From positions 5,828,001-5,892,000 of the forward strand of contig CM068763.1 of NCBI GenBank assembly GCA_035084275.1: a stretch of DNA of 64,000 bases. Direction: 5' to 3'. Both the position numbers and the translations under genes were made by a program. Positions 53,153 through 64,000 of this stretch are shown one piece after another; the first letter of the stretch is position 1, and every line of letters starts with the position of its first letter. This DNA comes from Hydrolagus colliei. Taxonomy: Eukaryota. Below the pieces are notes generated by a model that saw nothing but the letters and a program-made list of their open reading frames with translations, was not told the origin of the DNA and did not search any database.

Positions 53153-54600
53153 TCACATTCCCCTCCCACTTGTTCGGCCTCGGTCATTTTGAAGCGTATT
53201 GAGACGCTTGAGGACATGAAACCTGGTATGGGAGAGTACACGAACTACAGAATTCTGAATGATCTGCAGCCTGTGAAGAGAGGAGCTGGGGAGGCCGAAA
53301 AGAACAGAGTTCCCATAGTCGAGCCTGGCAGTTTTAAAGGTGTGGATGAGAGCTTTGGCGGCGTGGGGGATGAGGTAGTGGCGGAGTCTGGCAATATTAC
53401 GGTGGTGATGGAAGGCTGTGCCGATCATTGAGCGGATGTGGGGGAGGAAGGATAGTTCGGGGTCGAAACAGATGTCCAGATTCCTGATTGGCTTCGAGAG
53501 GTAGAGAGAGCAGCCTTGAACGCTGATGTTGTCAGCGCCTGAGGTGCAGAGGCGCTGACGTGAGCCAATCAGGAGGGCTTCCGTCTTGTTGACATTGAGT
53601 TGCAGGAAATTTGCCCTCATCCAGGACTCAATGTCCGACAGACATGCAGTCAGAACGCCAGTGTTCCTGGAATTGAGGGTTGAAGCGAATAGGTAAAGTT
53701 GGGTGTCATCTGCATACATGTGGAAATTTACCACATGTATGCGGATGATGTCGCCCAGGGTGAGAGTGAAGAGGGTGTAGAGCAGGGGGCCAAGGACAGA
53801 GCCCTGGGGAGCACCGCATGTGACTGTGCGGGGGCTGGAGGAGAAGCCATTGGAAGAGATCAAGTGAAGGCAGTGGGAGAGATAGGACCGGAACCATTCG
53901 AGTACAGAACCTTGCAGGTTGAGGAGGGAGGAGAGGCGGTGGAGGACGATAGCATGGTCCACGGTATTGAAGGCAGCGTGTAGGTCGAGGAGGATGTGGG
54001 GGCAGAGAAAACTCTGGTCACAGATGGTCAGGATGTCGTTTGCGATCTTGACCAGGGCAGTTTCCGTGCTGTGGGATGCATGGAAACCCGAATGGAGGGG
54101 TTCAAGCAGTGTGTGTTTTGTGAGGAAAGAGCGGAGCTGGGAGGCAACCACTCTTTCAAGGCCCTTATAAAGGTAGGGGAGGTTGGAGATGGGCCGGTAG
54201 CTTGTTAGCTGCGACTCATCGAAGGAAGGCTTTTTTAGGATGGGGTGATGGTGGCGGTTTTGAAGGCAGTGGGAATGGTCCCAGATGAGAGGGACAGGTT
54301 GCTCGTGTCGGTGTTTAGTGGGGCTAGAAGGTGGAGCTGGGTGTTGAGGAGAGGGGTGGGGATGGGATCAAGGTAGCAGGTGGTGAGCTTCATTGAGAGG
54401 ATGGTCTCAATGATGGAGGATGGGGAGATGAGGTCAAAGGTGTGGAGTGAGGGTGGATGGATTGGAGATGGGGTGTGGTGGGGCGGTGGGGAGGCGGTGG
54501 AAGTTGGGTTGACGGTGATCACAGAGAGGATTCCCTCGATTTTGGTCACAAGGAAATCCAGCATCTAATCGCAGCAGGAGTTCTAGGAGAGGATCTGCGA
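53153..54600 (-). mobile_element. L2 LINE RT region
   Basis: 332-aa ORF with [44 protein letters not shown], plus an upstream frameshifted fragment. Confidence 0.93.
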
Positions 54601-55486
54601 GGCGAGGTGGGGTGGACAGAGGAGATGGTTGGTGGTGGCAACAGCCGAACCAACATACGTGCGGTGGTGAGCGACTGGCGAGGACAAGTTTCTGCTGCTC
54701 CAGGCACGAGGACTGTCACATCAATCTCCCCTGAACAACGGCTCAGTCTGATTGCCTGACCTCACTTCCTGATGCCCTTTTCATACACGCCAGGCTCAGG
54801 TAAGTGTATTTACATCCTTCTGCTTGCTTGTGTTCCCTGCCCTGTCTGTCTCAGAAACCTAAGCCACATCCCTCCCAATCACCCCTCATCCCCCCCTTCA
54901 CCCACCCTCTACCACTATCCTGTCTCCTGTAGCCCACGGGCTGAGGCTGCCACACTGATCTGTAACTCCCGGTCTCTGCAAGTGCGTTTTGTCTGTTGCC
55001 CCAATCTAAATCGCTCCCCAACCAAAATGTTCCTCCGATCACTGCCTGTCACCTGCCTACCTGTCCGACCTCCTGTCCGACCGTAGTTTGTGAGGAACGA
55101 GTGAAGGAGTGAGAGGTGGCTACTCTCGGACAGCCAGCGCCTGGATCCACGATGGGCCCGGTGGAGGATGCCCAGACTGGAGAAGAGGGAAGTGGTGATG
55201 CGTCGTGGAGATTGACAAGGTGGGAGCAGTGGGAGATAAGGACAGAGTGAGAGTAGGGGATAGAAGGGGGTGGGAGGAGAGACATTTAGATTGGAGGTGG
55301 AGGCTCGGGTCGAGGCGGCAGCCAAACGCGCACACAGTCTACTGACAGTAAGGTAACAGGTGACAGGGAGTGTACTGATGGGATGCAGTGCTGCCCTTTA
55401 CGTTACCAGTTACCAACATCTACACTGCCCTGTAAAAGACCAACTCCCTCGGCCTTTCAGTGACTCGACCGCCTGCCCTCACTTAC

Positions 55487-56058
55487 TGCCTCGATGATGT
55501 CCACTTTTATGACTTCTTCCACCACTGGTACCAAAGATTCCTCGATGTTCTTAACAAAGAACAAGAACAATTTGCTATTATGAATGATTTTGTTCACATT
55601 GGACTCGGGTCTGAAAGATTTTAACATATAAAACGGGAGCTCCGAGCAGCTGGTGGATCGGCAGGTTTTGAGGATGGCGTCCAAAAAATAGCCAAAGTGA
55701 TTAGTTTCTGAGTGAACTTTGAAGGCAGAAAGAGAAGGTCCGAGGCGAGAGGATTTGGTGTGTGTTTGTGGAGAGTGGGGACACAGCAAAAGCCTTTCTT
55801 GATAGTCGCCTCTTCCCTCTCGGCGTCGATGTTGACCTGGAAAAGAGACAGAAGGGAGAAGATTAGCTGCCAGCAAGGACCCATGTCTGTCTAAAGACAT
55901 TGCAGGATTGGGCTGGAGGATGTCAAGTCTCCAAACTTGGCTGCACTGTAACTCTATGAGTCTCTGGGTCTGACAGTCACCAGGTTGGCTTGAGGCTCCT
56001 CCTTAGCCTCTTGTGGTATCACCATCTCCAGTTCGAGAGGGGAAGGGAGTCCATTGTC
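55487..56058 (-). pseudogene. Divergent relic three-exon cassette of the same family
   Basis: Exon a 55981-56058 (DNGLPSPLELEMVIPQEAKEEPQANL). Exon b 55799-55836 (VNIDAEREEATI) has its donor changed to gaaagg. Exon c ends at 55487 and has a degenerate acceptor. Intron sequences are homologous to the other cassettes. Confidence 0.7.
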
Positions 56059-57383
56059 CTGAACTGCAAAGGAGCTGTTAGTTCGTGTGGAATTAGTGCC
56101 TTGATTCTAACTATCCTTAACGATCCAGAGCCTTGGGATGTCCTCTCCACTGAGAGGGAGTCAGAGGGTCAAGTTTGCTGTGCTGTTTCTGTGTGTATTT
56201 TGGCTGGAAATTCATTGGAGTTTGCATCCTCTTCCAGTGTGTATAGGAGGAGCCTCTCAAATCAAGGACATCTCCACACTCCCCCCAGTCATGGTCCTGG
56301 CATCTCAGTCAGGAGCTCATTGCCACTTGACACAAACTTGCCAGCCTCCCACTGACTAGGATGGTACCTGTCAGCCACACGGACACACAGCCCTCCTCAC
56401 CCAACAGACCACAATAGCAATAAATTACATTTGTATATCGGCTTTCATGTCGGGAAGACTTCCAAACGCACAAAACACCAACGTTCTTCAACGCTGGCAG
56501 TACGAAACAAAGAGATTTGGGGGCATTTGCAGAATTAATGGACATTGCAAAACTTTTACCTCCTCCTCCGCCCTATCGGCTGTGACAACTGCAGCAGAGA
56601 CACAAAGTGAAGGATTAGCTGATGGCAAAGCCCTGGTGACCATATCTGTCTGTCTGAAGACCTCGCAGGATTGGGCTGGAGAATGTTAAGTCTGTAAACT
56701 TGGCTGTGTGGTACCCTCGCTCCTCGTGTCCAGATTGCTCAGTTTACCTGGGTTTCTTGAGGCCTCATCAAGTACTGACTCGCCACTGAGACAGATCACT
56801 CAGACCAGGGTTGTTACACACCTGATGAGGCTGGGAACCTCACTGAGATCAGTTGTTCTTTACTCAGAGACATCTAGTACCTCCTGAGACCAACAGTACA
56901 TCTAGTATATCTTACTGTGACCAACATGTGGGTTAACAGTGAGATTGGCTTCTCACTGAGTCATGTTTAATGAGTCCAGACTGTAACCCGCGCACCCCTT
57001 CTCGCTCCATTCACTCCCCGTGACCACCCAACCAGGCACCACAATGACGAGCCCATTCACAGAGTTTGTCTCAAAAAAGTTAAGGTTTATTATTTCTTAT
57101 ACCTTTTGCAACAAAATGCTAAATATAATGATAATGTAATTGTAATAACGTTAATACATGTAACAATATTATGTAAAGTACAAAATTGTGGAATATATTG
57201 CAATGAAAATGGTAATAAGAAACATAAAACTGAACACTCAATATAATGCAAACTGTAGAAATGTAACTAAATGGAAACTTAACAACAATAACGATAATAA
57301 TAATATAATAAGATGGTCCTCCAAAGATAGGAGCAGAGGAGCCACAGTCCACGCAGAGGAGAGGAGAGGATTGTCTGTTGCCC

Positions 57384-60300
57384 TCAATCCTCAGCCCTTT
57401 TCCTCCAAGGAAAACAGCACCAGCAGCATTTTCTGTGGGTATGAGAGGAAACATCAATGAGTCCCAGGTACAACAGGAAACAGCTGGACATTAACAGGGA
57501 GGTGTCGATTAACAAGCCCATTCAACCTATTTCACCCCAAATATCTCCCCCTCACAGCACCAGCCGTTTCCTCAATAAGCCTCAATGTGCAACTGAGAAA
57601 GCATCACCATGAGAGTGTCACTGTACCTTTTCTTCTTCTTCACTTTCTTTTCAGCTGCTGCTGCTGCTCCTGGTGGGAAAGTAAAAAGACTTGTTGACAA
57701 TGACCCTCCCACACGCGAGCCATTCCCGCCAGACCAACTGTTCTGCAAACCTAAAGGTCTCACTCGGCTACGAGCAGGATTCGAGGATTAGGATCAAAAT
57801 GATTGAGAGACGAGGCTCGAGTAGAGGAGAGAATGAAACGCGGAGTGAGATCAGGCCTTTGGACCGGGCAGCTCAGCAAACACAAGACCCTTTCTCCTCC
57901 AGGATGCCACCTTCTCAGACATGCTGCTGGTTCAACTTCCCTGGAAAGGGTGACAAGCTGAGGGGATCCGCTGGGATCTGAAGCCGCAATTCCTGTTCCC
58001 AGGTACAATCTCCAGCCCCTGAGCTGATGGGCAGAGACACCCCCTGCCCCACTGGGTGAGGAGCCACTGAGTAGGGATCACACCCACTGTGAAACGGACA
58101 GAGACTTTTGCTTACCCCTGGAGAGTTCCTCCCTTCTGTCTTCTACTGATGTCTGTGGAGACAGAAATTGCTAGAGATTAGACAGTGTCATTGAAAATCA
58201 GCTTCAAAACAGTCTAGAGCTCCGTGCACCTCCTGCATATCTCCTGGGATCATATCATTTTTTACATTACCTGATCACTCTGGCTCCCCTGCGTTTCCTC
58301 CTTCGACTGTTCTTCCTAAAGACAAAGTGAAAGCTTCAGCCACTCGCTCACAGCCTGGCTTAGTGGTACCATTCAGGCACCTGTCACAAAGTTGTGGTTT
58401 GAAGCCTTTGATTGTACCAAAGGCAAGGATTATTATGGTAATCATTATTATCCAGACTTATGACAGCGAGGTGACAAGTGACCGGCAATGTACAGGTGAT
58501 GACGTGATACTGTCGTGTATGTTAGCGAGCACCACTGTGTAAGCTGCTATGTAAAACCCCCACTACCCCGTGCCCTTAGACAAAAACAGTAACTCACTGG
58601 CCTGCCGTCAAGCATTGTCTCCGGGACATCCACATGAACCTCCTCGTTCTCCCCCGTCAACAGCTCTTCCAGCTTTGTGCTAAGTCGAACAAACAACAAT
58701 TTTCCCTTAAAAACAATTCTGCTCAGAAACAACAGACTCGGGTTTCAAGGCACTTCACACAGTTATTGGGAGCTCCGAGCAGCCGGGGGAATGGCAGGGT
58801 TTGAGTAGGGCAACTGAAGGAACTGCTAAAACGACTTGTTTCTCAAAGAACAGTGAAGGCAGAAAGATAGTGTGCGAAGCAAAGGAATTTGGGGGGAGTT
58901 TGCGTAGAGCGGGGACATAGGAAAACCCTTACTTGCTGCTCGCCTTGTGTGTCTCCAGGGAGATGCTGTTGAGCTGGAGAAGAGACAGAAAGGAAAGGAT
59001 TAACTGCCGGCTACGCCCTCGAGGACATCTCTGTCTAAAGACATTGCATGGTTCAGCTGGAGAATATCAAGCATCCAAAGCACCGGTGAAGAGTTTTGAG
59101 AAGTCTGAATAACATAATAAAGCAATGTTTCAAATGGAAGGATTTTTATAATTATTATCCAGACTCCTGAAAGCGAGGCGTCAGGTGGTGGGACTTGTTG
59201 CTGCGCTGGACGAGACTGTGATGTTACCGGTCACCACCATCTATGCTGCTCTGTAAACCACCCGCTCCCTCAACCTGTCAATTACACAGTGACTTGCCAG
59301 CCTGCCCTCACTCACGGTATCATGGAGGTCCACATCTAAATGTTCTTCCTGCTCTGGAACCAGCTCGTCCTGATGTTCCCCGAGCCTAAGAAACAACAAC
59401 AACAATTTGCCTATGAAAAAGATGTCACTCACATTGTACTCAGGTCTCAAAGACCTTCACTTACATTCCAGGAGCTATCATCAGCTGGGCAAAGGGCAGG
59501 GTTTGAGCAACATTGCCAGGCTCCGCAACTATCTTACCCCCCGCGCTGCAGAAACACTTGTGCATCACATCACCTCACGGCTGGATTACGGAAATTCTCT
59601 CCTAGTCGGCCTCCCCAGCTCCTCCATTCATAGGCTGCAGGCCATCCAAAACTCTGCAGCCCGTGTACTATCCCGCACCAGCCTCCGTGACCACATAACT
59701 CCCACCCTCGCCCGTCTTCACTGGCTCCCCATCCTCCAGAGGATCCTATAAGATCCTCGTCCTCACCTACAAGGCCTTACACGGCCTTGCCCCATCCTAC
59801 CTAACCGATCTACTCTCACCCAACACGCCCACCCGGACCCTCCGTTCCACATGACTTGGCCTGCTCCAAGGCCCCCGCCCGAACCGCCCCACCATTGGAG
59901 GCCGGGCCTTCAGTTTCTCCGCTCCCACCTTATGGAATGCCATCCCTCAATCCCTCCATTTCGCCTCTTCCTTTTCCTCTTTCAAGGCCGATTTGAAGAC
60001 TTTCCTCTTCGATCGTGCCTTTTGTTCCTCCCCGAACTCTTTTACCTCCCCTTCGTGTTTCACCCCTTCCCAAACACTCCCCTCCCAGCTCGGGTCACAC
60101 GCCTCTTGCTCAGCGCCTTGGGACGTCCTCCCGACGTGAAAGGCGCTCTATAAATGTAAATTGTTGTTGTTGTTGTTGTTTGAGGATACTGAACAAAGGA
60201 ATGGCCAAAGTCATTAGATTGTAAGAGAACTTTGAAACAGAAGGTCCAAGGCAGAGGGATTTTGTGCAAAGTGGGAAGATAGAAAAAACCTTACGTGCTC

Positions 60301-63300
60301 CTTGTCTCATCCCTCTCCTCAGCAAAGCTGTTGACCTGGAAAAGAGACAGAAAAGAAAAGGATTAGCTGCCCGTAAGGCACTGGTGGACATGTCTGTCTG
60401 AAGACATTGCAGGATTGGGCTGGAGAATGTCAAGCATCCAAACCCGGCTGCGCTGTAACTCCATGAGTCTCTGGGTCTGACACTCACCAGGTTGGCTTGA
60501 GGCTCCTCCTTAGCCTCAGTTGGCCTCTCCAACTCCTGGTCAGTTGTAGGGAGTTCTTTATCCTGAAATACAAAGCAGCTATTAATGTTTGCAGACTAAC
60601 TGTCTTCACTCTAACTATCCTTAACTAACCAGAGACTTGGGATGTCTTCTCCACTGCAGCAGGGTGAGAGAGACACGTTTGCTGTGGGCTTTCGCTGGAA
60701 ATATTCTAGAGATTGTACTCACACCTACTGTTTGTGTGAATATCGTCTTGGATCATATATATCTCCACACTCCCAGTCAGGAGCTCAATGAGACCTGACT
60801 GAGGTTTAAAATTGGGGAAAGAATTTACAGTATCACTGTTGAAGAGGTTTGAGAAAGCTGAATAACATAATAAAGCAATGTTTTAAAAAATTGGAAGGAT
60901 TATTATAATTATTATCCAGACCCCTGAAAGTGAGGTGTCAGGTGGCAGGGACTGTACGGTGGGACTTGTTGCTGTGCTGGACGTGACTGTGATGTTACCG
61001 GTCGCCACCATCTATGCTGCTCTGTAAACCACCCGCTCCCTCAGCCTGTCAATTACAGTGACTTGCCAGTCCTGGCCTCACTCACGGTATCTATGAGGTC
61101 CACATCTACGTGTTCCTCCTCCAGTTTTGGAACCAGCTCGTCCTGATGTTCCCCGAGCCTAAGAAACAACAACAATTTGCCTATAAAAACGATGGCACTA
61201 ACATTGGACTCAGGTCTCAAAGAGCTTCACACAGATTACGGGAGATACGAGCAGTTGGGCAAAGATTTGAGGATAGTGAACAAAGGAACGGCCAAAGTCA
61301 TTAGATTCTGAGAGAACTTTGATAGAGAAGGTCCAAGGCAGAGGGATTTTGTGCAGTGGGGAGATAGAAAAAACCTTACGTGCTCCTGGCCTCATCCCTC
61401 TCCTCAGTAAAGCTGATGACCTGGAAAAGAGACAGAAAAGAAAAGGATTAGCTGCCGGTAAGGCACTGGTGGACATGTCTGTCTGAAGACATTGCAGGAT
61501 TGGGCTGGAGAATGTCAAGCATCCAAACCCAGCTGCGCTGTAACTCGATGAGTCTCTGGGTCTGACACTCACCAGGTTGGCTTCAGGCTCCTCCTTAGCC
61601 TCAGTTGGCCTCTTCAACTCCTGGTCAGTTGTAGGGAGTTCTTTATCCTGAAATGCAAAGCAGCTGTTAGTGTTTGCAGACTAACTGTCTTCACTCTAAC
61701 TATCCTTAACTATCCAGAGACTTGGGATTGTCTTCTCCACTGCAGCAGGGTGAGAGAGACACGTTTGCTGTGGGCTTTCGCTGGGAGTTTTCTAGAGATT
61801 GTACTCACACCTCTTGTTTGTGTGAATATCGTCTTGGATCATATATATCTCCACACTCCCATTCAGGAGCTCAATGACACCTGACTGAGGTTTAAAATTG
61901 GGGAAAGAATTTACAGTATCACTGGTGAAGAGGTTTGAGAAGGCTGAATAACATAATAAAGCAATGTTTTAATAAATGGAAGGATTATTATAATTATTAT
62001 CCAGACTCCTGAAAGTGAGGTGTCAGGTGGCAGGGACTGTACGGTGGGACTTGTTGCTGCGCTGGACGTGACTGTGATGTTACTGGTCGCCACCATCTAT
62101 GCTGCTCTGTAAACTACCCGCTCCCTCAGCCTGTCAATCACACAGTGACTTGCCAGTCCTGGCCTCACTCACGGTATCTATGAGGTCCACATCTATGTGT
62201 TCCTCCTCCTGTTTTGGAACCAGCTCGTCCTGATGTTCCCCGAACCTAAGAAACAACAACAATTTGCCTATAAAAACGATGCCACTAACATTGGACTCAG
62301 GTCTCAAAGAGCTTCACACAGATTACGGGAGATATGAGCAGTCGGGCAAAGATTTGAGGATAGTGAACAAAGGAATGGGCAAAGTCATTAGATTCTGAGA
62401 GAACTTTGATAGAGAAGGTCCAAGGCAGAGGGATTTTGTGCAATGTGGGGAGATAGAAAAAACCTTACGTGCTCCTCGCCTCATCCCTCTCCTCAGTAAA
62501 GCTAATGACCTGGAAAAGAGACAGAAAGGAGAGGATTAGCTGCTGGCAAGGCACTGGTGGACATGTCTGCCTGAAGATATTGCAGGATTGGCCTGGAGAA
62601 TGTCAAATCTTCAAACCCAGCCACGTTGTGACCTGGTGTGTCTAGTATGACACTCACCACTTCGGCTTGATGCTGGTCTTGAGCCTCTTGTGGCATTGCC
62701 AATTCAAGGTGAAGAGGAGAAGAGTGTTCTTCATCCTAAAACACAAAGCAACTGTTATTGTAAGTGGACTTGGTGTCTTGAATCTAACTATCCATAACTG
62801 TCCAGAGCATCTCTAAAGCAGCAGAGAGTGTCTAGTTTGCTGAGCGGTTTCTGTGTGTTTTAGCTGGAAATCAACTGGAAAGTGTAATCCCCTTTTTTGT
62901 GGGACATTGCTGTGCACAGCTGCCTGCAAAGTTTCATCCACAAAATACACTTTATAGTAACTCCATTGAAGAGCTGTGAGATGTCTGGGATAACATGATC
63001 AGCCAATGTATCAAATGCAAACATGACTATTACTTTTATTATTATTATTATTATTATTTGTATTCGCTGATTGGAGGGCTTCAAAAGTAGGGATCCCGTG
63101 CACCTTTTTAGCATTACTGCTTGCTGAGAAAGAAATGGATTGTAATTCAGCCTGGCTCCCAGTCACACATGGTCAGGATCACAGCGATCCTTGCCCACCA
63201 GACCACAACAACAACATCAAATGATATTTTTGTAGAGCATTTCCTGTCTGGAGGACATCACAATACACGAAAGACAGTGAGCTTCCTATGGGAAATAGTT

Positions 63301-63909
63301 TACAGTAACTCCGGAGAAGCACTTTGAGAAATCGGAAAGACATGATAAGTGCATCAAATGGAAGGATTCTAGTTCAAATAATTACTATCCAGACTCCCAA
63401 TATCAAGATGACAGATGACAGGGATTGTACGAGTGGTACGTGGTGCTGCGCTGGATGTGACTGTTACCAGCGAACACCATCTATACTGCTCTGTAAAATG
63501 CCTACTCCCGCGGCCCATCAGTTACACAGCCACTCGCCCGCCTGCCCTCACTCACGGTCTCTGTGACATCAATCACTTGTGTGACCTCCTTCTCCGGCAC
63601 CTGGTCTTCCTCTTCCAAGTTATTCCTGAGCCTAACAAACAACAACAACATAAACACTGCGGCTCTATTGCACTCACGTTCCAAAGGGCTTCACACAGAC
63701 ACCGAGAGTTCCGAGCAGCCGGGAGACGGGTAGGGTTTGAGGATAGCAAGCAAAGGAACAGCCAAATTGATGAGTTTCTGAGCGAACGTTAAAGGCAGAA
63801 AGAGCAGGTCAGAGGCAGAGGGGTTTGGGGGGAGTTTGTGGAGTGTGGGGACAAAGCAAAAACCTTACTTCTTCCTCGCCTCATCCCTCTCCGCGGCAAT
63901 GGTCTTGAT
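57384..63909 (-). CDS. Multi-exon gene, copy 3 of the repeat-protein family (5' part lies beyond the window end)
   Basis: Exons 63869-63909, 63556-63631, 62658-62735, 62469-62509, 62173-62245, 61573-61647, 61380-61420, 61086-61158, 60488-60562, 60295-60335, 59316-59385, 58933-58973, 58598-58679 (shifted acceptor), 58271-58315, 58116-58152, 57627-57669 (one extra Ala codon), 57384-57432. Exon lengths preserve the frame. Ends KCCWCCFPWRKRAED*. Confidence 0.78.
59508..60177 (+). mobile_element. L2 insertion in an intron of copy 3, same site as 26473
   Basis: Same breakpoints as in copy 1. Apparent target-site duplication gtttgag on both sides. Confidence 0.9.
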
Positions 63910-64000
63910 CTGGAACAGAGACAGAAGGGAAAGGATCAGCTGCTGGCAAACACACAGCTGCCGTATTTGTCTAAAGACATTGCAGGATTGGGCTGGAAAA

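Larger units (their letters stand above)
56715..64000. repeat. Segmental duplication unit, copy 3 (partial)
   Basis: Collinear with ~23660-30880. More diverged over 56715-57250, near-identical thereafter. Confidence 0.88.

Overview
Vertebrate genomic DNA, most likely from a cartilaginous fish. This is inferred from L2 LINEs with (TTG)n tails, CR1 LINEs and tRNA-derived SINEs with a Deu-like core. Positions 1-19 kb are repeat-rich and apparently non-coding, with one scaffold gap and several unique, motif-dense blocks that may be enhancers. From ~19.5 kb to the end lies a tandem gene family that the six-frame ORF track misses, because it is built almost entirely from small exons (37-102 nt) on the minus strand. 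Splicing by hand at GT-AG sites gives, for copy 1 (24349-32563), 21 exons and one uninterrupted 412-codon frame. The product is an acidic protein of ~63-aa repeats, each encoded by a three-exon cassette (~75+41+73 nt) recurring every ~1.1-1.5 kb. It ends in a polybasic, Cys-rich tail (EKKVKKKKRKCCWCCFPWRKRAED*). Two further tandem copies (41571-48706; 57384 to window end), an inverted pseudogene (19529-22726) and a relic cassette (55487-56058) are present. I do not recognise the protein, and its start codon is unresolved.
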